Shown here: positions 43,333 through 55,557 of the stretch, piece after piece
Numbering within the stretch: the stretch's first letter is position 1
Layout of the letters: the number at the start of each line of letters is the position of its first letter
Assembly: GCA_964016885.1 (NCBI GenBank)
Contig: OZ024746.1
Coordinates: forward strand, 55,428,001 to 55,492,000
Length of the DNA stretch: 64,000 bases
Direction: 5' to 3'
From: Eledone cirrhosa
Taxonomy: Eukaryota
Position numbers and translations under genes: made by a program
The notes under the pieces: generated by a model
The model's input: only the letters and a program-made list of their open reading frames with translations
What the model was told of the DNA's origin: nothing
Database searches by the model: none

Positions 43333-44420
43333 AATAGTCAAATCGGCTAAAAACGGTCAACTTTAGCTTGTATAAAACCCCACCATTGTTTCTGAAAGTC
43401 AAGATACAATATTAGGAAGTCCAAGACATTGGAATGTCCAATATTGAAAGAATTTATGACTTTTCATCGTGATGTTGATTTTTCATTGAAATAAAGGGAC
43501 AGGTTGAAAATATATGATGCACACTATTTCGCTGCTCGGTCGTATGGTGAACTAATAGTACTATCGTTGAATCTCTAATTGAATATGTTCCACCCAAAGG
43601 GATAAGTTGAATATATATCATATATACCATGCCATTTGAAGACCGCATGGTGAAGCAATGTGTTGCAGCGCTGAATTATTGTATGATTATATTTTACTTA
43701 ATGTATGAGGACAATACGACGTGCTTATATTCTAGGGCGGGTAAAATTCTCGAGATCCATGGACGAGTTCTCTCCAGCGGTCTCTGTCCCTCATTACCGC
43801 TGCCGTGTCCTGCGTCTCCAACAGACCAGTGTCTGTCCTTACGGCATCAACATACGTTAACCTTGGTCTTCCTCTTCCAGTGTGTCGATGTAGGGGCTCC
43901 CGCAGGAGCACTGATTGCAATGTCAACTCTGGATGTGTGTCACTTTTGAGCTGACTTTTGGGAGGCCCCATACAGCTCTGAGTTTTTCATCCTCAGTGTA
44001 TACTGATTAATGTTCAGAGCCATCCTCAGCATTCTAGTCGCTCAAAATAGCAGCCAAAACCGCATCAAATAAATAATTTAAATAGTCACTGAGAGATGTA
44101 TTAAGATGTATGGGGGTGTACAAGGCATATCGGCTAAAGAGATCAAATAAACCCTACTATGGTTTCTGAATCTCAAAATAGATCATCGGGAAGTCCAAGA
44201 CTTTGGAATAATCAATATTTGAAAAAAATTAATTTTTTTCATCGTGATGTGAATTTTTCATAGAGATAAGGGGACAGGTTACAAATATATCTTATCTAAC
44301 ATTTCACTTCTACAAAGTGAACTTGGTATTGTATCGCTGAATTACTTTCTATATGAATATATTCTACATAAAGAGACAAGTTGAATATATATCATAACTT
44401 CCATACGATTTTTACACCGC
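43333..44420. repeat. Diverged ~320-bp direct repeat pair (about 43333-43650 and 44080-44420)
   Basis: Shared GGAAGTCCAAGAC.TTGGAAT, TTTCATCGTGATGT, GGGACAGGTT and AAGTTGAATATATATCAT. Confidence 0.7.
43732..44038 (-). pseudogene. RTE/RTE-X LINE 3' fragment
   Basis: RMLRMALNI...GRGRPRLTYVD.VR.DTGL...MRDRDRWRELV. Confidence 0.75.
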
Positions 44421-44971
44421 ATATATATGTGTCAACCTGTTATATATACACACACACAGACACACATACACACACACCCACACACCCAAACACACACATA
44501 CAAATATAAATACATATAAAATGATATGAAAAGAAAGGAGCTGTGTAGTTACAGGAAACAAGATTTAAGATGGTGGTTAGGACGGAGCAAGAGGAGAAAG
44601 GAAGAAAGGGATTTCCTTCGGCAGCTGAAAAGTTTCGGCGCTGAAAGTGTGTGCCCCAAGGCTAAACACATACATCTGTACATGCAACAGGCTTGGGGAC
44701 AGGCTGTATACATATGTATATATATATAGTGTTGTATATGATAAGGGTGATAGATAGATAGAGAAAAAGAGATAGATTGATATAGAAATAAATGCATGCG
44801 TATTTATATATGCATGTGTATGTTTGCTTAGTATTGTGGTGTATGTTTTGTGTGTGTGTGTGTGTGTGTGTGTTTATGTGTGTGTGCATTTAATTACCTT
44901 TGCTACTGGCTTGCTATTAACTATCGATGCACATCGGATTAAGTTAATAACAACATCCGCACACACAAATA

Positions 44972-45052
<81 letters not shown>

Positions 45053-45308
45053 TATATATTAAGTAATATGTAATCAATCCTGCACTTCAAGTTTACTCCG
45101 TGATTCATTTTACGTTTTCAATCTTAATTTTTCAATTTATTTGGTATAATTTCATTTCATTTTTTTTATATAGATCAACCTCTGTTTAAGAGAGATATGC
45201 ACTGACAGGCTGATATTATATGCATTGCACGCGGCCGTGTTTTTTGTCAGTGATCATTCATGAATATGTACATGTATATGTACATCTATGAATATATATA
45301 TATACATT

Positions 45309-45344
<36 letters not shown>

Positions 45345-45375
45345 TATATATATATATATATACATATATATATAC

Positions 45376-45469
<94 letters not shown>

Positions 45470-46000
45470 TTATATATATATATACATTTATATATGTATA
45501 TATATATATATATATACATATATATATACATATGTATATCAACATCAATAATGGAAGATTTATATTACTGTTGGAATTGTGACGTAGCAGCGATGGACAT
45601 GTAAATATATTGACATTTACGGGAATTCAATTTTAATCTGATGAAATACATCGATGCAAGTTCTATTGTTCTTGTAGTTATTGTCATTATAATTGCTGTT
45701 TATTTCCTTGATTTTCTTACTGTAGCTCTTGTTGTCGACGATGTAGTTGGTGATGTTTTCACTTTTTTTCTTATAATCTGCTGAAATAGATCGTTGATAT
45801 TATTATTATTTTTGTGTTGTTGCAATTATTATTGCCGATGCCGTTGTTCTATTTTTCTGCTAGATAATAACCTTGTTATTACTATCGTTGTTGTTTTTGT
45901 TACCTTTCTTTATCATGTTGATATTTTTGTTTTGCTGTTGATATCTTCACTGCTTTTCTTGATATTGCTATTTTTGTTGTTATTTCTTTTGTTGATGTCG

Positions 46001-46046
<46 letters not shown>

Positions 46047-47342
46047 CATAGCTGCTGTGGATCTGTTTGCAGTTTTAGTTGCTGATGTTGTTATAGTATT
46101 GATGGAAACATTTGCTCTCAGAATGAAATACATATTGGAATGTAACATTTATCTAGGTGTACTTTATATCATTTTTCACTCATGTAATTTGTCCGTGGAG
46201 CACCACCGCACATTTCTTCATCTGGAAAATATATAGGTAATTATTTTTATGAATTTAGACTACTTATGCTTTCAGTTCAAACCTTATCGAGCTCAATTTT
46301 AATTTTCAACATTTCGATACTTAGGAGCTTTTTGCTCTAAACAGACGAGGAAACGCAGGACCCCTTGCTGCCAAAACCATATCCTCAACAGCCATACCAA
46401 GAGCAGCGTAGAATTATAGCAACTCTGCCACCCAAAACATCAGCATTATTAACAACGTTAGCACCAATACTAACAACAACATTCTAAAAAGTGCCACCTA
46501 GGTTTTCCATAGAAAATAACAGCAATTTTACATAACTTCACAAGTCAGTAATGTAGGATCACTGCACGGTTTTCTGTTGTTTACGACCCAACTCTATCAA
46601 CTTATACTTAACTAAGGCATGCAGGTTCCTAAAGAAATGCAGCTATCTGGTTTCAGATGGAGCGTAAATAGCTACTAGTTTAAAGTCACCACTTTTATTA
46701 TTACTCACTTCGGCTCCACCAGATTACTGTTGGTCCAGGAAGACCTCTGTACCTCGAGATTCAAACATTTCCTATACAGCACTGCCACCCGACCTTTCAT
46801 TATAGGACGACTAAGATATGCAAATATTGTAATTGTCATCGAAAAAAAAAAGGGGGGGGGGATAATGCACGTGTGTCGTATATCATGGTCTTGCTGACGG
46901 TGGTCACATCGTCCATATCTAGTGACCTAAGTTAGATCAGTAAGCAACACTTTTTCCAGCACGATGCCAGGCCACGAACTTGTATATAACCTACTCTCGA
47001 GATAAACATGTTGGCAGGTTCATCAAGAAAGGAAACGTTTCCTCAATATCCGAGTGCTTTTGGTGGTCGGGTTGTTGCACCTCCACGCTTCTTAGTGTTT
47101 CTTTTGGGAATCATTTTAATAGCCTGCTTGTTGATGTTACATTAGGGGTTCCTATATCACGTGGAAATACGTCCCTATTGTTCTTGTTTCCAGTGTCATA
47201 CGTACCCTCATCAGATCATTCCGCACTCTAAATAAGTTGGTGCCCCAAATTTCCCCCCTCATTTTCAATTTCTTTGCTTCGCTCTATGAGTTTTTCGTTG
47301 GCCCTTCTAAATAGCACGAAGTTTTGGTGCTTTATTATTTTG

Positions 47343-47950
47343 ACTAGCAGAAAAACCACTCTTCGGGTGGTTTTCTGCTAGCCTGTGTAGTATGTATATT
47401 GATATTATACGTAAGAATATATACATGTAGATATGATACCAAATAAAATCGTAATTGACAATATACACATAAATTGAACGAAGACTGCGTTACACTCCCT
47501 AATCACTAACGTAATCCATTAACGGACTTATATGATTGTTTATTTAAGCGATCGCTAACCGGAAGTGTTGACATTTGAAAATTTTAAAGAAGTGAATCTT
47601 AAAATAAGCGACAAAATTATTCATATTTAGTCAAGAATAACGAAATTTAGTAGATAAATGATGTAATATTCATTCATTATTTATTCAAAGTAACAGTAAT
47701 GCACTGGGTAATTGCTGGCCTTGTGCCAAAAGTAGAAACAATAATCAAGAAAAACAAAATTTAGTAGATAAATGATGTAATATTCATTCATTATTTATTC
47801 AAAGTACCAGTAATGCATTGGGTAATTGCTGGCCTTGTGCCAAAAGTAGAAACAATTATTTATTCAAAGTAATCATCTTATTTTACAAACGGGATACACA
47901 AATATATTATGGACGCTGTCTCGCACTCCTCCCTTTATTATAGTTTAGAA
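47343..47950 (+). mobile_element. Possible Helentron/HINE-like non-autonomous element with internal duplicated SINE 3' pieces
   Basis: Begins ACTAGCAG with a long terminal hairpin and ends TTTATTATAGTTTAGAAT; internal ~110-bp tandem duplication at 47643-47855. Confidence 0.4.
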
Positions 47951-47954
47951 TATG

Positions 47955-48112
47955 CAGTGGGTTATCAGTATAGAGCTATGGCCCTTTACGTCCCGAGTTC
48001 AAATCCTATCGAGTTTAACTTTGCCTTACATCCTTACAGGGTCGATATAATAAGCACTATTAATGCACTGGGGTAATTGCTGGCCTTGTACCAAAAGTAA
48101 AAACAATTATTA
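47955..48112 (+). mobile_element. OK-like SINE with internal deletion
   Basis: B-box GAGTTCAAATCC plus matching body and tail. Confidence 0.8.
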
Positions 48113-48119
48113 TGATTGT

Positions 48120-49496
48120 GCTGGTTTTCGTTTCGACTGATGTCGTAGCGGTGGTGGTGATGATGGTGTTATGGATGTGTGTATGTTTGCTGTGTGTGTA
48201 ATGACTGCGTTTTCTCTTGTGTGTGCGTGTGTGTGTGTGATATTCTAGTTTTCTTTTTTTCTTTTTTTATGTATGCATTTTTGTTTTTACACTCTTTGTG
48301 TTTGTCCCTCATCTTCGTTACGACAAAGTGAGAGAATTCTGTGTTTGCTTTGGATGTGTTGTGTGTTTGTGTGGTAATTTATGTGTATGTTTCTTGTTTG
48401 GAGAAGGGGAGAATGAGTTGAAGCTATTTCCTCAGTTTCCACTTGCTCTTATTTGTTGTTGTTGGTGGTGGTTTAGATGCTGCAGGGGCAGCTGTTGGCG
48501 CTGTTGTTCCTATTTTTGCTGCTGCAGTTTTAGATCCCGGCTCTGATGTTGGCAGCAACTGAGGTTTCTAGGATCCTGAATATTTCAGCAGATGGCTCGC
48601 AAGTGTTGGGCGTCTGGACAAACGAAGCAGTAAGACTTTCTGCTCTCAGTGGCCACTATTATCGGGGAACCGTTCTGAATGCGAACATGGTCCGGGTTAT
48701 TTTTAAATACGTGCTTTTTGGTTTGGAGAATAATCTCCAAACACATCCCGTACCAGTCTTCTTTTAAATTGTTTCTTACTTCTATGAGTGTACCATCGGT
48801 ACCCTGCTCAACCACGCAACCCAAGAGCCTCGATAATTTCAGTTGTGGCCGGACCCTTTGAATGCAGACCTTCACCATTTGTCGACTCATATAGATCGGG
48901 AACATGATAATATAGTCCGTTTTACAGGGTATCAGCGAGTATTTTATAGCAAGTGTCTCTGTTTTGAACAATATCAAGATTCTGTCGAACACTCTCGCTC
49001 TTGCAATGTAATTCACGTCATGTCTGATGTATTTCAATACTGCCGCGACTTTAGATTAGGAGACCATTTCCGCCTAAGGGGTTTGCATCTATAAATTATT
49101 GACGTTCTTTATGTTGCAGCCGCCGCTTCTGTCGTGATGTTTGGGTTGGCTAGGAATTGTTATTTCTTGATTCTTTGGCCAGACGTCTTCTCTTGTCTGA
49201 AATACCCACTTGAAAGTATTGTCATGATTTGGCAGCAACGGCTGCGAATGCCCTGTTGTTATTGCAGTTATTCACGCTGTTGTCTGTCACGTGACAGCTG
49301 ACTCAACATAAGGGGGCATTTTCTGTCTATATTTTTTGACAAAAACAAAAATTATACGGCCGCCTTTTAATAGACCAATGAATAACACCTCATACACAAT
49401 TCAAACAAAAGTATTCAACAAATTCCACTTAAAAAACAATTCAAAATAACAAACCTTCTGGAGTTGATATGAACACTTCTGTGACAAATGAGTAAC
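48120..49496 (-). pseudogene. Tx1-clade 5'UTR plus ORF1 remnant (fourth ORF1 lineage, no ORF2)
   Basis: ORF 48585-49037 (KEDWYGMCLEIILQT..NGSPIIV..CFVCPDAQHLRAIC) is homologous to ORF1 of copies A and B; shares their 5'UTR motif. Confidence 0.75.
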
Positions 49497-49516
49497 AAAA
49501 TAATAGTTATATGAAT

Positions 49517-49700
49517 TGTTTCTACTTTAGGCACAAGACCAGCAATTACCCAGCGCATTACTGGTACTTTATTTTATCGACCCCGTAAGGATGAAAGGCA
49601 AAGTCAACCTCGGCGGGATTTGAACTCAGATCGTAAAGGGACGTAATTATGCTGGAAAGCATGGCGTCCAACCCTCTACCGATACTGCCAATCCACCACC
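49517..49700 (-). mobile_element. OK-like SINE, full length
   Basis: A and B boxes, body and tail match the other copies. Confidence 0.88.
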
Positions 49701-49705
49701 CTTGT

Positions 49706-49758
<53 letters not shown>

Positions 49759-50005
49759 TTTCTTTATTAACCACAAGGGTTTACATAAAGTAGACATTAA
49801 GGACAGTGCAGGACAATGCAGGACGGTACACATGGGCATTTCTGCGTGTACAAAACAAAAACAGAGGATGTAACAAAAATAACAATGAAAAATTTCCCAA
49901 TAGGGGGGAGACTTCGGAGGGAAATTTGTGGAGAAAGCCCAGTAAAAAGCCACAATGACCCTGACCACCAAGGCAAGTGCCCTCTCCCAGTTTTCCACCT
50001 TTAGT

Positions 50006-53000
50006 TTACAGATATATACTCAGAGTCGGCCCATTCACTCGGGCCATTCTTGCTTCTCTCACCCATCTTTCAACAAAATGCTGGGAAGAGAGCACTTCCT
50101 TCTCTACTCTGATTTTCCTTTTCAAATGAAATTTGAAAAAGTCAATCAGAGCATCACCGAAGAGGTAAGTGCTCGTCTTCAGCCCTTTCAAACGTGTCCA
50201 CCATACTATCTCTTTCGCCATGGCCACCAGACAGATAAAAACTGCCTACCCTTCCCGGCTAAAGGAGGAGGGCGGGGCAATCCTCACGATAGACTCAGAT
50301 GATAGCTGGATCCGTCCTAAACGCGACAGCAGGTGTTCGACATAAACCCACAAGTCAGCAATTTTCGGACACTGGACGAGTGCGTGCAGGACGGTTTCGT
50401 CGCCCTGCGCGCATCTCGGACATGCCCGGCTGACGGCACCTCCATGCCTGTAGAGTTTATCCCGAACTGGCAAGGCTCCTCGGTAGCACTGCCAGGCCAG
50501 AGATTTCTGGAAGTTGTCCATAGGCCCTGGCCCGAAAGTTCTTCCGAAGAGATTGGCTAGTTGATTTTCGTCGACGCCTAGAGTTTCGCCAAGTACGTCG
50601 TCGCTCTTCCCCTCCACTAATCCTCTATAGAACGCCGAGGTGGAGTTTCCACCGATCACATTGCCCGATTGGTCGAGGGCTGTGAGCGCCTGAAGACATT
50701 CCAGTCTCCAGGCGCTCCCTCTCGGTCTTCGCTTGACCCAGGACTGCAGCTCCGTCAAGGAAACGAGCTGGGGAAAAACGCGTCTAGCAAACGGCGACCA
50801 CACCTGATCACCGTCGAGGAAGAGGTGGAGATGTCGTAGCCTGAGCGCGTGCCTGCGCATCATCAGCCACGGCATGCCCAGCCCTCCACGTAGCGGGTGT
50901 TGACAACAGATGGACCGCCTGACCATCGGAGCACGTCCCTTCCACAAAAAGCGAAAGAGCAAACGCTCCAGCGCAGTCAGGCGAGGCTTAGGACAAGGTA
51001 CGACGGTTAGGCGGTAGCAGATGACAGACGCGATGTATGCGTTAGCCACCTCCGCTCGACCTTTCAGGGATAGCTTCCTCTCCGCCCATTTCTGGGTGAG
51101 AGAAGCCACCCTGCTCGTCACCTCGTCCCAGTTTTTGTCCGTCTGGAGGTCCGGACCGAACCAGACCCCTAGCAATTTAACCGGTCCGTCCGTCCAGCGC
51201 CCGACGACGCTGTTGGACGGCATGGACCTGCCTCTCCAGGTGCCGAGCTGCAGGCCCACTGACTTTTCCTGGTTGATCATTGCTCCTGTCACCGCTTCGT
51301 ATTCTCTTAGTGTAGTGCCGATCGCCTCGATGTGTTTGGCGTTCGACACCACTACGGTGACATCGTCCGCATATGCTGACACGGATCTTCCGCATCCTAG
51401 TTCGCGCGGGACTCCCCTCAACGTCTCCAGTTTGTGCAGTAATGGCTCGAGAGTCAATACGTACAAGAGGGACGAGAGGGGACATCCTTGGCGGACCGAG
51501 CGCATGATGTTGAACGGTTCCGACAGGTGACCGTTCACTCTCACCACAGAGCAGATGTCGCTGTGCATGGCAGCAATCCAGCCTCTGAAGACGGGCCCAA
51601 AGCCAGCCGCCCTCAGGACTGCCGCTAGGTAACGATGGTCGACCCTATCGAAAGCTTTCGACTGATCTAAATTGATCAAGGACCCACCCGTGCCAGGTTC
51701 CATAGCTACCCTCTCTACGATGTATCGCATGAGGTGGAGGTTGTCGTGGATGGATCTGTCGGGAATGGCGCATGTCTGCGCCTCTCCCACCAGACCACCA
51801 ACGACAAGCGCCAACCTCTTTGCTAGCACCTTGGCCAAAATCTTAAACTCTGTGTTTAGCAGAGTTATGGGCCGGAAATTTTCTATGTTATCCCCCTTGT
51901 TCAGATCCTTTCTCAGCAGTGCCACCGCTCCTCGGCTCACAGAACTGGGAATTCTCCCGTTCTGTTGCCAGTTGCAGTAGACGTCCGCCAAGAGGCCTCC
52001 GAACAAGTCTGGCATCTGTACGTAAAGTTCATAGGGCAGACCATCCAAACCAGGCGATTTACCCCTTGTGCAGCCAGTCATTGCCTCCCTTACTTCAGCG
52101 GCTGTTATCGGCTTTTCGCAACACTTCGCCTCAGTGGCCGAGAGCCGCGGCAGTCCGTCGAGGTAGACACTAAAGTCCATCCCTCTACCCGGCCCCCCGC
52201 TGCCCCCGAACAGCTGAGCGAAGTGTCGCTGAAAAGCTTCACACATTTGCCCGGGATCGAGTAGCATGCGCCCGTCGTGGTCCACCAAAGACCGGATCGT
52301 GGCTTTGTTGCCACGACGCGCCTCCGCCACTCGGGCCCATTGAACGGCTTTCGTCCCCTCGTGTCTGAGAGCACGCACCCTAGCTCTGACAACGCAGCCT
52401 TCGTGCTTTGCATTGAAGAATTGGTCAAGGGCCAATTTCGCCGCAAGCACGTCGGTCGCAATGCCTTTGCTAAGCGCCTCGTCTAATTTTCTAACTAGTT
52501 CTCCCTCTGCTCTATTTTTCTCTATTGCTAAAGCCTTACTAAACCTAATCGATTCTATTCTAATCGCTCTTTTCAGAGCAAACCACCACTTGTTGTTGAT
52601 GATGGCCCCCGTCAACGCCCGCTTAACTAGTTCGCTAATCCGGTCTCTGTAGGCCTTGCGCGCTGGTAAGGACGCGTTTAGCTTCCAGTAGCCGAGTCCT
52701 CGTCTATGAAGCCTATCTAAGTCAAGCACACAGATCACGAATTTGTGGTCCGTGTAGCTGACTATCTTGAATTGTGGACAGCCTATGCTAGACCTATCTA
52801 TTTCCCTACAAAATACTCTATCTAGATATGATCTGGATGACCCTATGCGGTTTGTCCAAGTCCACATTGGCACATTCGGGAAATCCAATCGGTACCTGTC
52901 AGACAGTTCAAAACGCCTGAGCAGGTTGGTGAGGCTCTTGCACCCTCCACCCCTATCCGCTAATCCCACACAGTCCCAGCGTGCATCTAAGATCCCGTTC

Positions 53001-53425
53001 CAGTCGCCCACTAACACTAAAGAGCGGGAAGTTCCAAGAAAGGTCTCCAGACGCCGGAAGAAATCAGGCCGCCCTGCTCCTGTCGGGGCATAGACGGCCA
53101 CTAGCCTGAAAGATTGCCCGTCTCCGCTGGTCACGTCCAGCACCACCAGCTTACCCTCTGGGTCCAGGAAGATGGCCCGTATGGCGAGATCCAAACCTCT
53201 CCGAAAAAGCACAGCAACTCCTCCCCCCGATCCAGGACGGCTGGGAGATGCGTATACATCGTAGCCGCCGAAGATCGGTACGAAGGCCCGTGCTTCGGAG
53301 ATTCTGGTCTCGCTGATGGCCACTACATCTATGTTTAGTGACCTGAGGTCGTTGAGCAGGTGACCCTGCTTCCATGACGACCCCAAGCCACGCGCATTTA
53401 TGCTGCCTATTCTGAGTGAGGTCAT
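50006..53425 (-). CDS. Tx1 ORF2 (APE endonuclease, RT, CCHC), about 1139 codons with one in-frame TAG at 50246-50248
   Basis: INARGL, ISETR, VYAP, GDWN, YLDR, TDH; KSPGLDGLP, FRPITLLN, DQSKAFDRVDH, VRQGCPLS, YADD, LLGV; CPRC..HALVQC; copies A and C have Gln at the stop position. Confidence 0.92.
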
Positions 53426-53460
53426 GTTTAAAATAGAGTGGAAAAGATGGGAAAGACCAC

Positions 53461-55557
53461 TTACCGTACTTTTGGTAGAGGAGGGATGGTTTTTACATCC
53501 CTTTTCACTTGATCGTCTGGTGAAGGGACCGTTGAATCGTCCCTTCGGCTGGTCGTCGGCTCTTCTAAGAGAATGTCTGAGTATACTCTTCGATTGATGG
53601 TTCCTCCTAGGTCCCTGAAATCACCAACTGCGTTGGGGAATTTCGTTTTAATGTTTGTGTATTGTTTCTGTGCTATTTTTAGCAGTCTTATGTTAGTTGG
53701 CGTTTTGATTGGTGCTGGTATTATGTAGTCCTGTTGTGAAATGTCTGTGTGTTCAATTATGTAAGTCATTAGTTTCTTGTTGCGTGTATTTATTGCCGTG
53801 CATTTGTTTTTCTGGGGGTGGGGTGTGGTTCTGCTATTTTCTTGTCGTTGTTGCTGGGTGTGTGTGTTTTGTTGTTGTGTTTGCGATGTTGGTGCTTGTG
53901 GTGGTGGTGTTGAAGGTGTTGTTGGCGGTGGGGTTGTCGCCGGTGGTGATGGTGGTGCTAGTGTGGGTGGTGATGGTGTTGGTGTTGTTGCTGCTGTGGG
54001 TCTCTTTGCAGTAGACTTTACCCTTTTCTCATTTCTTTCCTCCCTTTTCAAAGGCGACGATGCGCTGCTTCTGCGTTTGTGCCTTCTTACGACCTTTTGC
54101 CATCTCTCTCCCACCTCACACTCCATGTCTGATTCTGTGAGGTCGGGGAGGGGTACCAACTCCACTCTTTCACTTGTTGTTGTTGGTGATGTTTGCACTG
54201 GAGTCTCTGTTGCAGCTGCATTTGGTATTGCTGTTGTTGTTGTTAATATTTCCACTGCTGCTGCTGTCTTTGATTTCCGTGGAGTGGGTATGGGTGCCAC
54301 GGACCTATCGTTCCTGGTTGCCGCTTGTCCTGTTGCTGGTAGCCGTGGAGCCGGATTCGGAAGGAGGGGGGTTTTCTCCTTTCTCAGGGTCTTCTCGTTT
54401 CAGAAGGCCCTGAGGTGAGTCTTCGATCCACAGCGAAAGCATTTCGGGCGTTTGCCCTCAACACTTATGGGCAGTTGAGTGCCGTTATCGAAGTCTATCA
54501 CATCCGGGATAGCTTCGATGCACTCCTGGTTGGTTTGGATTAGCATCTCAATGGAGGAGCCGACCCAATCTTCTCTTACTTTTTTCTGTACTTGCAGTAC
54601 AGTTGTTTTGTCCTCGATTCCGACGAGGACAGACGCGGCCAGCCAAGAAGGGGTCATTCCGGGGGGGACGTGGGTCAGTTTGACCCTCACAATTTTTTGC
54701 CCGCAGTAGGAGGGCACCAACACCATTTCCTCGCTCCTTAGGGTCACTACTGATTGGGCCTTTGCCTCCTGGGGTGTGGCAAAAAGTACGTCTACGGTGG
54801 CATATTTTTTGCCTCGGGTGATGTGCGTTTTCCTCTGCCACACAGACCCCAAGGCTTTTTGTATTTGGGCCTCTGTGGCTCTTTCCACCCTACGGGATTT
54901 TGTACTTACTGTACGGTACGTGACCGTACAGTGCTCTTGGGTTTCGAAAAAATTTTTCGCTGCCTTGCAGATTGCTCGGTGTCCGTTCTTTGTCACCATC
55001 TTCTTCGCTTCCTCTAATTCCTCATTTGTTATGAGGATTGTTTCCAAGTTTTTCGCAATACCTGCAAATGAGATTGGTTTTTCTCTGCTGTTGTTGTTGT
55101 CGTCAGAGCTGCTGGTACTTTTGTTGTTGCTGCAGGTACTACGACTACTGCCTCCGCCGCTGTTGCTGTGGTTGTTGTTGGTGTTGCTGCTGCTAATGCT
55201 GTTGTTGTTTATGCTGCTGGTGATGCTGTTGCGGCTGCTACTGTTGTTTTCATTGTCACTGTTGCTGTTGTTATTACGGCTGCTACTGCTATTATTCCTG
55301 ACGTCAGACGAATGAACTGGGTTTTCGTATTTCCCGCACACCTGTTTCGTCGCTGTCGTCGTCGTCGTGGAGAAACCTTGCACGCTTTGCACGAGACTTT
55401 TCTTTTCTTTCGTCGCTTGCGAAAGAGAAGGGAGGGAGAGAGACACATTTAAAGAAGGGAGGGAGAGAGACAATCTTCTCTCTGCTGTAGTGATGATTGA
55501 GGAAGAAGAAGACGGAATGAGTGGGAGTGACGTATGAAATTTCTTTTTCGTAGCCAT
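53461..55557 (-). CDS. Tx1 ORF1 (Ser/Asn-rich N-terminus, CCHC knuckle, Pro/Thr-rich linker), about 698 codons with one in-frame TGA at 54400-54402
   Basis: ORF-track calls 54400-55590 and 53461-54300 share a frame and are separated by a single stop; CFRCGSKTHLRAF* knuckle; homologous to ORF1 of copy A. Confidence 0.85.

Noticed and set aside
51021-55452. Antisense ORFs over Tx1, and likewise over RTE and Dong
   Set aside because: Shadow ORFs of GC-rich coding strands with no recognisable domains
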